DNA of 64,000 nt, taken from contig JAZJYZ010000001.1 of assembly GCA_040390125.1 (NCBI GenBank), positions 442,396 to 506,395 of the forward strand, given 5' to 3'. Source of the stretch: Patescibacteria group bacterium (lineage in GTDB: Bacteria; Patescibacteriota; Minisyncoccia; Phycocordibacterales; Phycocordibacteraceae). Positions 29,660 to 41,784 of this stretch are shown one piece after another. The position numbers and the translations under genes are program-made. The notes beneath the pieces were generated by a model, which worked only from the letters and a program-made list of their open reading frames with translations, was not told the DNA's origin and ran no database searches. The stretch's first letter is position 1. Each line of letters begins with the position of its first letter.

Positions 29660-30043
29660 ATGTCTCTCGCCAACGCATACGCTTCAGTCATTAAAGAAAC
29701 TCCAACAGAGCTGCATACTGCAGAGTTTGTGGGGAAGCTTCTTTCTTTTATGCGTGTACGAGGACACCTATCTCTTCTTTCTGAAGTTGTACGAATTTTA
29801 GAAAAAGAGCCTACTCGCTCTGGGGTAGTGGTGACGGTGGCAGATGATGCGGGTTTGAAAGAGTTCGCCTCTGAAATTAAATCTGCACTCGGAACACTTG
29901 GTGCAGATACAAAATCCTATCGCACCACTATTGATGCCCGTGCGGTAGGCGGGTACTCAGTTCGTGCGGGCTCAAAGATTATTGACAACACGTTCCGCAC
30001 CGCCCTTGTTTCTCTTTACCAACGAACAGTAAGTAGCACGTAG
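29660..30043 (+). CDS. atpH: F0F1 ATP synthase subunit delta (OSCP), short
   Basis: 127 aa, between atpF and atpA. OSCP-like C-terminal domain. Confidence 0.7.
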   Translation: MSLANAYASVIKETPTELHTAEFVGKLLSFMRVRGHLSLLSEVVRILEKEPTRSGVVVTVADDAGLKEFASEIKSALGTLGADTKSYRTTIDARAVGGYSVRAGSKIIDNTFRTALVSLYQRTVSST

Positions 30044-30127
30044 TGGGTAGTATGTAGAAAATACAAACTCATAAAATTTCATGCTGCTCACTACTTACTA
30101 CTCACTATCCACTAATCACTAACTCTT

Positions 30128-31687
30128 ATGGACATCAGCATCATCGAACGCCTCAAGAAAGAAATTGAATCCTTTGCTCCAAATGCAAAGCCTACTGAAA
30201 CGGGCATTGTTCGCAAAGTGGGTGATGGCATCGTTGAAATAGAAGGCTTGGATGATGTGGCAATGGCTGAGATGGTACGCTTCGACGAAGGTTCTGTTTC
30301 TGACGTGAAGACAACTATTTCACACGAGGATACGTTGTTTGGGGTGGTTTTGAACTTGGAAGAGACAACGGTGAAGGCAATTATCCTTGGTGATTCCTCA
30401 CGCATTAAAGAGGGGATGCTTGTGCATCGCACAAAGAAACTCCTTTCGATTCCTGTCGGGGACGCAGTTATTGGACGCATCGTTGATGCTCTCGGAGTTC
30501 CTATAGATGGGAAAGGACCAATTAAGTCTGACACCACAAGCCCCATTGAGCGTGAAGCATACGGCGTTATTGATAGAAGCCCTGTGAACGTACCAATGCA
30601 CACGGGTATTAAGGCAATTGATTCGTTGATCCCAATTGGTCGTGGACAGCGTGAACTCATCATTGGCGACAGGGGCACAGGAAAAACAACGGTTGCCATT
30701 GATGCAATTTTGAATCAACTGAATGAACCAGAAAGTTCACGCCCTATTTGTGTGTACGTTGCCATTGGTCAAAAGGAATCCAAGACCGCTCGCATTGCTG
30801 CGATGCTTAAAGAGCGTGGTGCCATGGACTACACGATTGTAGTTTCAGCTCCGGCGTCTGCTTCAGCAGCGTTTCAATTCTTGGCTCCCTACGCTGGCGT
30901 AACCTTGGGTGAGTATTTTATGGACAAAGGCAAGGACGTCTTGGTTATCTACGACGATCTTTCCAAACAAGCTGTTGCATACCGACAGCTCTCACTCTTG
31001 CTTCGTCGTCCCCCAGGGCGTGAGGCGTACCCTGGAGACATTTTCTATCTCCACTCAAGACTTCTTGAGCGTGCGGCAAAGCTTTCTCCAGAAAGAGGCG
31101 GTGGGTCACTCACTGCACTTCCTATTATTGAAACGCAGGAAGGTGACATCAGCGCCTACATTCCAACCAATGTTATTTCAATTACTGATGGTCAGATGTT
31201 CTTGGAAGCAGATCTTTTTAACAAAGGAACACGTCCTGCTATTAACGTAGGTATTTCGGTTTCTCGTGTTGGTTCCGCTGCTCAAACAAAAGCCATGAAG
31301 AAGGTTTCGGGTCGCATTAAGCTCGACCTTGCACAGTTCCGTGAACTTGAAGCGTTCATGCAGTTCTCGCAAGATCTCGATGCTGAAACGAAGAAGACTA
31401 TTGATGGAGGTCGTCGTCTTTCTGCAATTTTGAACCAAAACAAAAATGCTCCAATCCCATTTGAACGACAAGTGGTCGTTATGTATGCAGTAACCAACGG
31501 CTTCTTTGATTCGTTTGGTGCTGAACAGATGAGCGAGATAGAAGCAAAGTTTCTTGCGTATTTGGACAGAGAAGCAAAGGGAGTTCTTGAGGCTATTCGC
31601 ACATCCACAGAAATAGCTAAAGACACAGAAGAGAAGCTAAAGAGTGCTATCCAGTCATTTGTCTCAACTACAGATGTAAAAAGCTGA
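30128..31687 (+). CDS. atpA: F0F1 ATP synthase subunit alpha
   Basis: 519 aa. Walker A GDRGTGKT. Confidence 0.95.
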   Translation: MDISIIERLKKEIESFAPNAKPTETGIVRKVGDGIVEIEGLDDVAMAEMVRFDEGSVSDVKTTISHEDTLFGVVLNLEETTVKAIILGDSSRIKEGMLVHRTKKLLSIPVGDAVIGRIVDALGVPIDGKGPIKSDTTSPIEREAYGVIDRSPVNVPMHTGIKAIDSLIPIGRGQRELIIGDRGTGKTTVAIDAILNQLNEPESSRPICVYVAIGQKESKTARIAAMLKERGAMDYTIVVSAPASASAAFQFLAPYAGVTLGEYFMDKGKDVLVIYDDLSKQAVAYRQLSLLLRRPPGREAYPGDIFYLHSRLLERAAKLSPERGGGSLTALPIIETQEGDISAYIPTNVISITDGQMFLEADLFNKGTRPAINVGISVSRVGSAAQTKAMKKVSGRIKLDLAQFRELEAFMQFSQDLDAETKKTIDGGRRLSAILNQNKNAPIPFERQVVVMYAVTNGFFDSFGAEQMSEIEAKFLAYLDREAKGVLEAIRTSTEIAKDTEEKLKSAIQSFVSTTDVKS

Positions 31688-31715
31688 AAGCTGACAGCTG
31701 GAACCTGAAAGCTCT

Positions 31716-32633
31716 ATGTCATTAAAGGATATCAAACTCAAAATAAAATCCGTTGATCGTACCCGCAAGGTTACGAAGGCAATGGAATCGGTGTCTGCTG
31801 TCAAGATGCGTAAGAGTCAGGTGCGTGCAATTACCTCACGGCCCTATGCTTCTTCAGCGCTCTCCATTTTGGAGCGTATGAGTGTTTCTCTTGCGTCTCT
31901 TAAGCATCCCTTGACTGTTGTACGGCCTGTAAAGCGAGCTGCCATTGTTGTTGTAACAAGCGACAAGGGGCTTTGCGGCATATTGAATGCGGCCGTTGTA
32001 AAAACTGCATATACGCTTGCGGAATCACTTGAACTCCCTCGTGAAGCAATTTCCATCTATGCATTTGGACGCAAAGGTGCAGAATTTTTTGATCGTCGTG
32101 GATACCAAATTTTAGGAAAATTTGAAAACGTTTTTGACGATGTATCGGTTGCTGACCTAGCGCTTGTGTCTGCGGACATCGCACGGGCATTTTTGAATAC
32201 AGAGTTTGACCGAGTTGATGTTGTATACACAAATTTTAAATCAACGTTTGAACAGAGTGCTATTGCACATAAAGTATTGCCACTTTCTATTGAGACGGTT
32301 TCTGAAATAGTAACTGGAATAGTGCCAGTGAAAGGAAAGTTTGCAGTGGCGGAGCGTCTGAAAGGTCCTGCTTTTTATACGGCAGAGCCCTCTCAAGAGG
32401 TAGTGGTGGATGCTTTGATTCCACGCCTCGTGAGTGTGCTTTTCTTCCATGCACTTTTGGAGTCAAAGGCCTCCGAGCATTCAGCTCGTATGGTTGCTAT
32501 GAAAAACGCATCTGACAAATCTCGTGACCTTTCAAAGTTACTCACGAGAAAGTACAACAAAGCTCGCCAAGCATTAATTACGAGAGAAGTCTCCGAGATT
32601 GTCGGGGGTATTGAGGCGATGGCGACGAGCTAG
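31716..32633 (+). CDS. atpG: F0F1 ATP synthase subunit gamma
   Basis: 305 aa. N-terminal MSLKDIKLKIKSVDRTRKVTKAMESVSAVKMRK and C-terminal ITREVSEIVGG helices. Confidence 0.9.
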   Translation: MSLKDIKLKIKSVDRTRKVTKAMESVSAVKMRKSQVRAITSRPYASSALSILERMSVSLASLKHPLTVVRPVKRAAIVVVTSDKGLCGILNAAVVKTAYTLAESLELPREAISIYAFGRKGAEFFDRRGYQILGKFENVFDDVSVADLALVSADIARAFLNTEFDRVDVVYTNFKSTFEQSAIAHKVLPLSIETVSEIVTGIVPVKGKFAVAERLKGPAFYTAEPSQEVVVDALIPRLVSVLFFHALLESKASEHSARMVAMKNASDKSRDLSKLLTRKYNKARQALITREVSEIVGGIEAMATS

Positions 32634-32869
32634 CCAATAGCCATTAGGGTACAGGGATTAGGGAAATAAAAATAATTTTGATAGAATCAAAAACATGACA
32701 GTATTCGCTGAAAAACCGGGCATAGGTATTCTTCATAGATCTTCGCATCGAGGACCAGAAATTACCGTACCTAGAAAGAGTGACGGAACTCATACTACTT
32801 ATTCTCAAGCTCTCATACGGGTACTAAATGGTAGCGAAGTAGGTCCTTGTCTCAAGGTAAAATAAAAAT

Positions 32870-34515
<1,646 letters not shown>

Positions 34516-34669
34516 TTGCTTATATGTTTAGAGATCGTCAACCGAATATTTCAGAGAAGCCTTTAAATCCACTCGAGACATACATGTCTTTCATGTGGAG
34601 AGTGAGTTCACCCCTTATGGAGTGGCTACTTCCTAATGCTTTACCTACCAAAAAACAAAAATAACTTGT

Positions 34670-34900
34670 ATGTTAGTTGTCATTGCAAAAGTCCACGAAA
34701 ATTTATTTTCAGGCGAAGCACTCTCGCTTTCTGCTATGACTACAGAAGGGAAGTTAACTATCCTTCCTAAACACGAGCCCTTTGTCGCAAATTTGAAAGC
34801 GGGAGAAGTAGTAGTAAAAACAGCTGCAGGAGAAGAGAGGTTTGATATTATAGAAGGAGTTTTGGAGGTTTCTGGGAACCAAGTGACGGTACTTTTGTAG
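34670..34900 (+). CDS. atpC: F0F1 ATP synthase subunit epsilon (N-terminal beta-sandwich only)
   Basis: 76 aa. Position and similarity to the epsilon N-domain. Lacks the C-terminal helices. Confidence 0.75.
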   Translation: MLVVIAKVHENLFSGEALSLSAMTTEGKLTILPKHEPFVANLKAGEVVVKTAAGEERFDIIEGVLEVSGNQVTVLL

Positions 34901-34901
34901 T

Positions 34902-35096
34902 ATGACCGAAAGATCAGGTATCGTTCAGGCAATTCCAGAGGATTTTTGGAGTTTAGTTAAACACGGTCTAGATTTTAAAGATCCTGCAACGCAAGACTCT
35001 GTCAGGAAAGTTGCTTTTGGTGTAATGAGACGGTGTTCTCGTGAAGAAGCGCAAGAAATACAGAATTTCTTGAATCAAAACGGTATTGGAACTTAA
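34902..35096 (+). CDS. Hypothetical small protein (64 aa)
   Basis: ORF only. Confidence 0.3.
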   Translation: MTERSGIVQAIPEDFWSLVKHGLDFKDPATQDSVRKVAFGVMRRCSREEAQEIQNFLNQNGIGT

Positions 35097-35329
35097 TTTT
35101 TTCACAGGATAATCATTGACTATTTATATAAGGAGAATACAATAATGGCGTATGGGGAAACTGGAGAATGTTCAAAATATTAAAAGAGAGGGTGTTCGTT
35201 GCGACGGTGGGTGTGCAGTTTTCTTTTCTGGAGCAGGTGGGTGTTGCTCTCGTTGCCAGGCTCAAGGCAAGTGTAAATAATTCTTTGATTTATCTGTTTC
35301 CTGAAGTGCCTGTATCTTGTGTATCATTT

Positions 35330-35360
35330 AAACCCATCTAATAGCTTAGGTGGGTTTTTT
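35330..35360 (+). terminator. Rho-independent terminator closing the atp operon
   Basis: Stem aaacccatcta / aatagct / taggtgggttt followed by TTTTTT. Confidence 0.6.
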
Positions 35361-35364
35361 ATAA

Positions 35365-35394
35365 AAAAACTATACGATTAATCGTATAGTTTTT
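35365..35394. repeat. Family-B palindrome copy (aaaaactatacgatt|aatcgtatagttttt)
   Basis: 15-bp perfect arms. The same core (AAACTATACGAT..ATCGTATAGTTT) flanks the TrpR-like gene at 56505..56921. Confidence 0.8.
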
Positions 35395-35444
35395 ATGAGT
35401 TCTATACGGACGAAGTTTAGTGTTGTTTTTAGTCTGCATAGTAT

Positions 35445-35486
35445 CTGTATAGTATAAAATCACGGTCGTGATTTTATACTATACAG
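35445..35486. repeat. Family-A palindrome copy 2 (ctgtatagtataaaatcacg|cgtgattttatactatacag)
   Basis: 42-bp perfect palindrome. Confidence 0.85.
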
Positions 35487-35558
35487 AATTTTTTACTGAC
35501 TGGACGATGAGAATGCTCAGTTCGTCTGCCTGCGACGGGGTGGAGCGAGTGGCTTGTG

Positions 35559-38500
35559 TTACTGAGGGGAAGAAGGGTTCCAATATTGTTTGCCTGGGTT
35601 TCGGTAGACGAGAATAGGGGTAAGGATGAGAGTTAGAATCATTGCAAAGGAAAGGCCAAACATAATCGCAAATGCGAGTGGGCCCCAGAGTGCGGATGCA
35701 CCCGCAAGCGGGAGCATACCGATGACGGTGGTGATGGTGGTAAGGACAATAGGTCGGAGCCTGCTTGCTGCACCATCCACCACAACCTCTTCGAGGGTTC
35801 TTCCTTCTGGGTTTTTCATGCGGATGATGATTGAATCGACGAGGATGATGGCGTGGTTAATGATGACACCAGCAAGTGCAATAATGCCAAGGAGGGATGA
35901 AAATGAGAAGGGTTGCCCAGTGAGTGCAAGACCACCTAAAACGCCAATCAAGGAGAGTATAACTAGCATAAGGAGATAGAAGGAATAGCGGAAGGAGTTG
36001 AATTCCAAAACGAGAATCGCAAGCATCAAGACTAAGCCAGCAAGGAAGGCGAGACCCATTTCGCTGAACGACTTGTTTACGTCCTCAGTCTCTCCTCCGA
36101 TTTTCATTGTCACACCTTCAGGAATGGATTCTTTTTCCATCGCTTTTTTAAATGCAGAGGATACTTCAACGGGCGTTGCCCCTCCCTCCGTATAGCTAGA
36201 GACGGTGGCAATATTTTTTTGATCTTCACGTCTAATGATGGCATTTGATTTTTCAATGGAAGGGGAGAGGATTGAGCCCAAAAGCACACTTCCCATAGGA
36301 GTTTTTATTGACAGGTTCAGTAGTGCATCAATGTCAGCTTTTGTTGTGTCGCCCGGCTCTTGCCAATCAGAATTAAGATTTGTAGACACCACAACGTCTA
36401 CGTCTTCCGTATCATTTTTTATTGTCGTTGCAACGACGCCGGAAACTGCCGTCCTCAAGGTTGATGCTACTTGTGCTGGGGAGAGTCCAACTTGTGATGC
36501 CTTGGCACGATCGATAGTGAGTGCAAATTGTGTACCGTCGTCCTTTATAGATGTTGCAACCTCAGCAGTGCCGGGTGTGGAGCGCATGACTCTTTCAGCA
36601 ACTGCAATAGAGCGTTCCAAATCATCCAAGCTTTCGCCCGAAAATGTCACCAGGACCGGTGCTCCAGAGGGAGGGCCTCCTGCAGGCTCGAATGCGTGAA
36701 CAGAAAACTCATGGAACACAGATACTTTCTTTCTGAGTTCTCCGGTAATTTCGGTAGAAGTTTGCCTGCGGTCTTCTTTGGGTAGGAGTTTAATGGTGAT
36801 GTTTGCGTATTTTGATCCGCTTGATTGATTTTGGCTGAGTGCCGATGAACCACCAATAGTGGTGACGAATGATTTTATACGTGGGTCGTTATAGAGAAGC
36901 TCTTCGACTCCTCGGGCTGCGAGGTCAGTTGTCTCAAGGGGTGTTCCTTGTTTTGCTTCTATCTCAAGATACACGTACTCAGAGTCGTCTTGCGGGAAAA
37001 AGAGTACTTTCACTATTCCTGAAACTGGAAGCAAGATTGCTATCACGAGTGCAATTCCAAGACTCCACATGAATCGGTTTTGGAATTTTCTGTTTTTAAG
37101 AACACCGGTGAGGAATCCTCGATACCATAGTTGGGCTTTTGTGTTCCACTCTTCCTGAATGATTTGAAGTTTTCCGGTATCTCTCTTGGTGAGATGTATT
37201 GCAATTAAGGGCACAAGACCTAAAGCAACAAAAATGGACGCAATTAAGACGGTAATGATGGTAAAGGGAATTGATTGAATGTATTGACCCACAATGCCTG
37301 AGATAAAGAAAAGTGGTGCAAACATGACAACGGTGGTCATGGTGCCGGCAGTCAGGGGCCTGGCATATTCACGTATTGCTTCCTTTGCTGCACGAATTGG
37401 ATCGCCAAACTTTTGGTAGCGTGTGTGGATTGCTTCTGTGACAACGATGCCAGAATCCACGAGGATGCCGATGGCGAGAATGAGGGCGAAGAGTGAGACG
37501 AAGTTTATGGTGTTACCCGAAGCATTGAGCCCGATGAACGCAATAACAAAAGAAAGGGGAATTGAAAGTCCGGCAACGAGGGATTCTCTCCAGCCGATAG
37601 TAAGAACAAGGCAGAGCATTACCAAGAGAACGGTTTCAAGTCCAACTTTGGTGAGCTCAGAGAGGCTTTTTTGCACTTCTTCTCCTAGGTCGATGGAGAT
37701 TTCAGTTGTGATGCCTGCAAGCATTGTAGTGGAGAGCGAATTCAATTTTTCTTTTGCAGACGACGCTGTTGCAAAAATATTGCCTCCGGCTTTTTTATGA
37801 ACCGAGAGAGTAACGGCAGATTCCCCAGGTGCACCGGCTGTCGACACTCTCGATATGCTGGTTGCTTTCTCAATTCCGTTTACAATGTCTGCAACATCTC
37901 GAAGGTAAATTGGATTTCCATTCAAGTTACCGATGCTCGTTTGAGCTAATTCTTCAGGGTTGTTTAAGTCTCCCTTGAATGCGACTGCATACTCAATGTC
38001 GTCAACCGTGATGGTGCCAACTGGTAGTGAGCTGTTGGATGCACTTAAGGCGGAAACTACGTCCGCAAGGGATAGACCGTATGATTGCAGTGCTTCTTTG
38101 CGAACGATGACGTTTGCTTCACGGTCTCGAGTTCCACTAATGTCTACTCGAGAAACGCCTGGCACACTTTCGAGCTCGTCCTGTACCTCTTTAGCGAGGC
38201 GGGTAAATTCTGTTGGAGGGAGCCCTCCAGAGAGTGACACTATGAAAATAGGCTGGTCGTTTGCACTGATACGCAAAACTACAGGGTCGTCTGCATCTTT
38301 GGGTAATTTTGGCTTCGCACGGTCCACCGCATCTTTAACGTCCTGAATTGACTTGTCTAGGTTTGCGGACGCTTCAAATTCAGCACTCACCACCGAGACT
38401 CCTTCACGTGAAGAGGAGGTAAGTTTGTGAAGATTTTCAACAGTACTGACTTCTTTTTCGATTTCTTTGGTGATGAGTTTTTCAGTGTCGGAAGCGGAAG

Positions 38501-38663
38501 CACCACGAAGTGTCGTTTGAATAATTGCCATCGGAATGGTTACTTCCGGAGCATTTTCTTTTGGTATCGCAAAAACTGCCGTAATACCAGCAACAACAAG
38601 AGCGATGACTACTAGAATAGTGAATTGTCTGCGATCGATGAAAAAATTCCAGAATTTGTACAT
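35559..38663 (-). CDS. RND superfamily efflux transporter permease (AcrB/CzcA-like, 12 TM)
   Basis: 1034 aa with two large periplasmic loops and 12 TM helices. Typical RND architecture and length. Confidence 0.85.
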   Translation of the reverse strand: MYKFWNFFIDRRQFTILVVIALVVAGITAVFAIPKENAPEVTIPMAIIQTTLRGASASDTEKLITKEIEKEVSTVENLHKLTSSSREGVSVVSAEFEASANLDKSIQDVKDAVDRAKPKLPKDADDPVVLRISANDQPIFIVSLSGGLPPTEFTRLAKEVQDELESVPGVSRVDISGTRDREANVIVRKEALQSYGLSLADVVSALSASNSSLPVGTITVDDIEYAVAFKGDLNNPEELAQTSIGNLNGNPIYLRDVADIVNGIEKATSISRVSTAGAPGESAVTLSVHKKAGGNIFATASSAKEKLNSLSTTMLAGITTEISIDLGEEVQKSLSELTKVGLETVLLVMLCLVLTIGWRESLVAGLSIPLSFVIAFIGLNASGNTINFVSLFALILAIGILVDSGIVVTEAIHTRYQKFGDPIRAAKEAIREYARPLTAGTMTTVVMFAPLFFISGIVGQYIQSIPFTIITVLIASIFVALGLVPLIAIHLTKRDTGKLQIIQEEWNTKAQLWYRGFLTGVLKNRKFQNRFMWSLGIALVIAILLPVSGIVKVLFFPQDDSEYVYLEIEAKQGTPLETTDLAARGVEELLYNDPRIKSFVTTIGGSSALSQNQSSGSKYANITIKLLPKEDRRQTSTEITGELRKKVSVFHEFSVHAFEPAGGPPSGAPVLVTFSGESLDDLERSIAVAERVMRSTPGTAEVATSIKDDGTQFALTIDRAKASQVGLSPAQVASTLRTAVSGVVATTIKNDTEDVDVVVSTNLNSDWQEPGDTTKADIDALLNLSIKTPMGSVLLGSILSPSIEKSNAIIRREDQKNIATVSSYTEGGATPVEVSSAFKKAMEKESIPEGVTMKIGGETEDVNKSFSEMGLAFLAGLVLMLAILVLEFNSFRYSFYLLMLVILSLIGVLGGLALTGQPFSFSSLLGIIALAGVIINHAIILVDSIIIRMKNPEGRTLEEVVVDGAASRLRPIVLTTITTVIGMLPLAGASALWGPLAFAIMFGLSFAMILTLILTPILVYRNPGKQYWNPSSPQ

Positions 38664-38753
38664 GGTTTTTAGAGAGTGGTAAGTGGTAGATAGAAGGTAG
38701 TTAGAAAGATTAGTTTTGTATTAACATGCCACTTTCAACTTTCTACGTTCTAA

Positions 38754-40352
38754 TTACTCGCTAACAATAACTTCTTGTCCCTCTTTCAGGCCTCGCGCAT
38801 CCTCCACTATGCTCATATCAGGGGTGATGCCCGATTGCACGCCAATTCTAGAGCCTGCAAGTGCTCCTACAATTACGGGGTGGGAGACTACCGTTCCGTT
38901 TACAACAGTAAACACGACAGTTCCTTCAGGGGTAATTTTAAGTGCAGACAAAGGCAGAGTAAGAGGTGCACTTGTAGTTGAGGTTTTGGCGGTGCGTGCA
39001 ATAGTCACCGAGACACTCGATCCAGAAACTAATGAGGAATCTTGCGGAATAGAAATTCGCACTTCAGCTTTTTTGGTCACGGGGTCAAGGGCACTCGCAA
39101 GTTTAGCTACTTTGCCCACAATAGACTTTCCAATGACGGCCTTTGCACCGACTGCAATGTCTCCAATGTCACGCTCTGACACAAATGCCACAACCTCGAG
39201 CCCACGAGCATTCGTTATATAGACAACCGGCACTGAGGCGTTGACGAAAGAACCTACCTCGAGATCAAGGCGGTTGATAGTGCCTCCAATTGGAGCACGA
39301 ATGACTGTCTTCTCGAGATTTGCTCGAGCTGCCTGAAGATTAGCTTCCGCTGCACGGATATCGGAATTTTGTGATGCACCTCCGGAAAGATTTTCTGTAG
39401 ATACCTCCACCGCAGCAATTTTCGCCTTTAGATTTTCAATAGCACTGTTTATTGAAGAAGCGACGCCGTTTACATTAGACAGTGCGAGCGACACATCGGC
39501 ACGGTAGCTAGCTATTGCAGTGTCGCTTACCGAACTTGAGGTAATGGCTTTGTTCAAGGCCGAGACAGTTAATGAGAGTAGTTCACGAACCTCAGCAACG
39601 TCAGTTCGAAGGTTTTCAAGCTCAACCAAGGCACTTGAAGCATCAGTGGGGGTACTCGCATTTTCTTCTCGTGTAAAAACTGCTTGTATGGCAAGACGTT
39701 TGCTTTCAGCATTCAAAACTGCCTGTGCATTCGAAGTAGAAACAATAAATTTTGGTTGTGAACCGTTTGGATTAGAGAAGACACTATCGTTCTTTTTTTT
39801 GACTGCGTCATCGAGAGTTGCGTACGTCGTAGAAATTGTATTTTTTGCTGAATTAATAGCGGAGGTCAAACTATCTTGTGCAGACCCAAGCCCAATACCA
39901 CTTACGGTGACACCCGTCTTTGCCTTATCCAGTGCTGCTTCTGCTTGGGCTACTCCGGCTCGCTGTGAATCATTTTTTAAATCAGCGATGACTGTGCCTG
40001 CCCCAATAGTGTCGCCTAAAGAGCGGTACACGTGTGCAACAGCACCTGATACATCAGCGGCAACATTAGCTTCGCTGACGGATCGAATGGAACCTATTAA
40101 TGCAATAGGTTCAGGGAGGGAGAGATCATTTGCAGAGAGGAGAGTAACTTGGCGTCTTTCGTCTGTGGCTCCTTCGGGTTTTGCTTTGAAGAAAAAAGAA
40201 ATTCCTACAGTGGTGGCAATAAGGGCAACAATGACGCCGAGGGATATAAACTTATGTGCTTTTGCTACGATAAAAAATTCTTGGATAGATTTAAAGAGAA
40301 AGACAGATCCTCCATGAAGAAAAGTATACCCACGTGAAAGGTGTTCATTCAT
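38754..40352 (-). CDS. HlyD-family periplasmic adaptor (membrane fusion protein) with long coiled coil
   Basis: 532 aa. N-terminal TM, an extended Ala/Ser-rich coiled coil, and C-terminal beta-barrel/lipoyl-like segments. Directly upstream of the RND gene. Confidence 0.75.
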   Translation of the reverse strand: MNEHLSRGYTFLHGGSVFLFKSIQEFFIVAKAHKFISLGVIVALIATTVGISFFFKAKPEGATDERRQVTLLSANDLSLPEPIALIGSIRSVSEANVAADVSGAVAHVYRSLGDTIGAGTVIADLKNDSQRAGVAQAEAALDKAKTGVTVSGIGLGSAQDSLTSAINSAKNTISTTYATLDDAVKKKNDSVFSNPNGSQPKFIVSTSNAQAVLNAESKRLAIQAVFTREENASTPTDASSALVELENLRTDVAEVRELLSLTVSALNKAITSSSVSDTAIASYRADVSLALSNVNGVASSINSAIENLKAKIAAVEVSTENLSGGASQNSDIRAAEANLQAARANLEKTVIRAPIGGTINRLDLEVGSFVNASVPVVYITNARGLEVVAFVSERDIGDIAVGAKAVIGKSIVGKVAKLASALDPVTKKAEVRISIPQDSSLVSGSSVSVTIARTAKTSTTSAPLTLPLSALKITPEGTVVFTVVNGTVVSHPVIVGALAGSRIGVQSGITPDMSIVEDARGLKEGQEVIVSE

Positions 40353-40363
40353 ATATCAAAGAC

Positions 40364-40651
40364 TTATGCTCGTTCAGTTTTTTTAAGTATTGAGCGAATG
40401 TTTTTAAGGTTTCCCGCAAGGTGCGAGGCAAATTTCTCGACATTTGAAAGCTTAGCAAAAGCAATCATATCGCACCCCATGCCAAAAACGAGGAGTTTCT
40501 CTCCTTCTTTGAGTCCCATGGCTTTCCTTGCTTCAGCAGGGATGACCACTTGGCCTTTGGCACCCACAGTAGTGGCACCGTAAAACTCTTTTTGAGTACT
40601 TCCTGGCTTTATCATGGTGTAAAAAATACTACCATAGAGATGTATATCCAT
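40364..40651 (-). CDS. AbrB/MazE/SpoVT-family DNA-binding protein (looped-hinge helix)
   Basis: 95 aa. TTVGAKGQVVIPAEARKAMGLKEGEKLLV matches the SpoVT_AbrB domain. First gene of the efflux operon. The start may be the internal Met. Confidence 0.65.
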   Translation of the reverse strand: MDIHLYGSIFYTMIKPGSTQKEFYGATTVGAKGQVVIPAEARKAMGLKEGEKLLVFGMGCDMIAFAKLSNVEKFASHLAGNLKNIRSILKKTERA

Positions 40652-40840
40652 ACAAGTATGAAATGTATGAAGGTGAAAGCACTCTTTGGGTCACACTTCC
40701 ACATCAGATTTTGGTTTCATCTGTTAGAATATATTTAGAGATGATAGAGAAAGTAGAAGTGTATAGAGACGGTAGTGCTTTCCTATTTTCTATTCTTCCT
40801 ACACTCTCTACTATCTCTAATTTCTCTACTACTCTAGCTT

Positions 40841-41422
40841 ATGCTTCATAAGAAGATATTTATCTTGATGGGGAATCCTGATAGCGATTCTCGCACGGGG
40901 CATCTTGCTGATGCGTACGAGCTTGGTGCACTTCAAGCAGGGCATGAGGTAAAACGTCAAAATATTGGAGAGATGCACTTCGATCCCATACTTCATAAGG
41001 GTTATAAGGTAATTCAAGAATTGGAACCTGATTTAAAAAAGTTTCAGGAAGATATTCGTTGGGCTGACCATTTAGTTTTTCTCTATCCAAACTGGTGGTC
41101 CACCATGCCGGCCTTATTAAAGGGGCTCATTGACCGAGCGTGGTTGCCGGGGTTTGCATTTAGGTTCCATAAAACAGATGCGTGGTGGGATAGTCTACTC
41201 AAAGGCAAGAGTGGACGCATAATAATTTTAGCTAACACACACCCGTGGGTTAATTGGTTTTTCTTTGGCGAATTCACCAACGAGCTTGCCCGGGCTACGC
41301 TGGCCTTTTCTGGCGTTCGTCCAATTTCTGTAAAAGTCTTTACTCCTTCCGAAAAGGTATCTCCGGCAAAATGGAAGCAATGGGTTGATACGGTGCAACA
41401 AATGGGGAAGTCCGCCCGTTGA
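40841..41422 (+). CDS. Flavodoxin-like NAD(P)H dehydrogenase (quinone) family protein
   Basis: 193 aa. ILMGNPDSDSRTGHLADAY...HLVFLYPNWWSTMPALLKGLIDRAW matches the Flavodoxin_2/NQO-type fold. Confidence 0.7.
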   Translation: MLHKKIFILMGNPDSDSRTGHLADAYELGALQAGHEVKRQNIGEMHFDPILHKGYKVIQELEPDLKKFQEDIRWADHLVFLYPNWWSTMPALLKGLIDRAWLPGFAFRFHKTDAWWDSLLKGKSGRIIILANTHPWVNWFFFGEFTNELARATLAFSGVRPISVKVFTPSEKVSPAKWKQWVDTVQQMGKSAR

Positions 41423-41784
41423 TGTATTTTTTTTTGACGTTACCTTAATGTTGGCAGAAAAGTACTACAGGAAGGTACTCTATTATTAATATTAATTAGT
41501 TTATTTTATATATGCCTTTAGGAAAATATTTGGAGCAAAAAGTAAGAGTTCGATCCGAAGCTGATAGAACTCTAGTGGGGGAACGTGCTGTTAAGCCTGG
41601 TTCTTTTGCCCGTGGGTTACAGAAGAGAAATCAAGGAGCTTACTCTGTATGGGACGTCTTGAAGGTGTACGCAAGTGGCAGGACAGAAAGGGTGACTCGC
41701 ACAGGGCCATTAGAGGAGTGAGACTAGTGTTAATCATGCGGGCAATTACGCCGTCAAAATATACATACGGCTGATTTCTACCTG

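Noticed and set aside
40341-40583. Plus-strand 80-aa ORF overlapping the AbrB-like gene and the 5' end of the HlyD-like gene.
   Set aside because: It is antisense to the predicted regulator, with no support.
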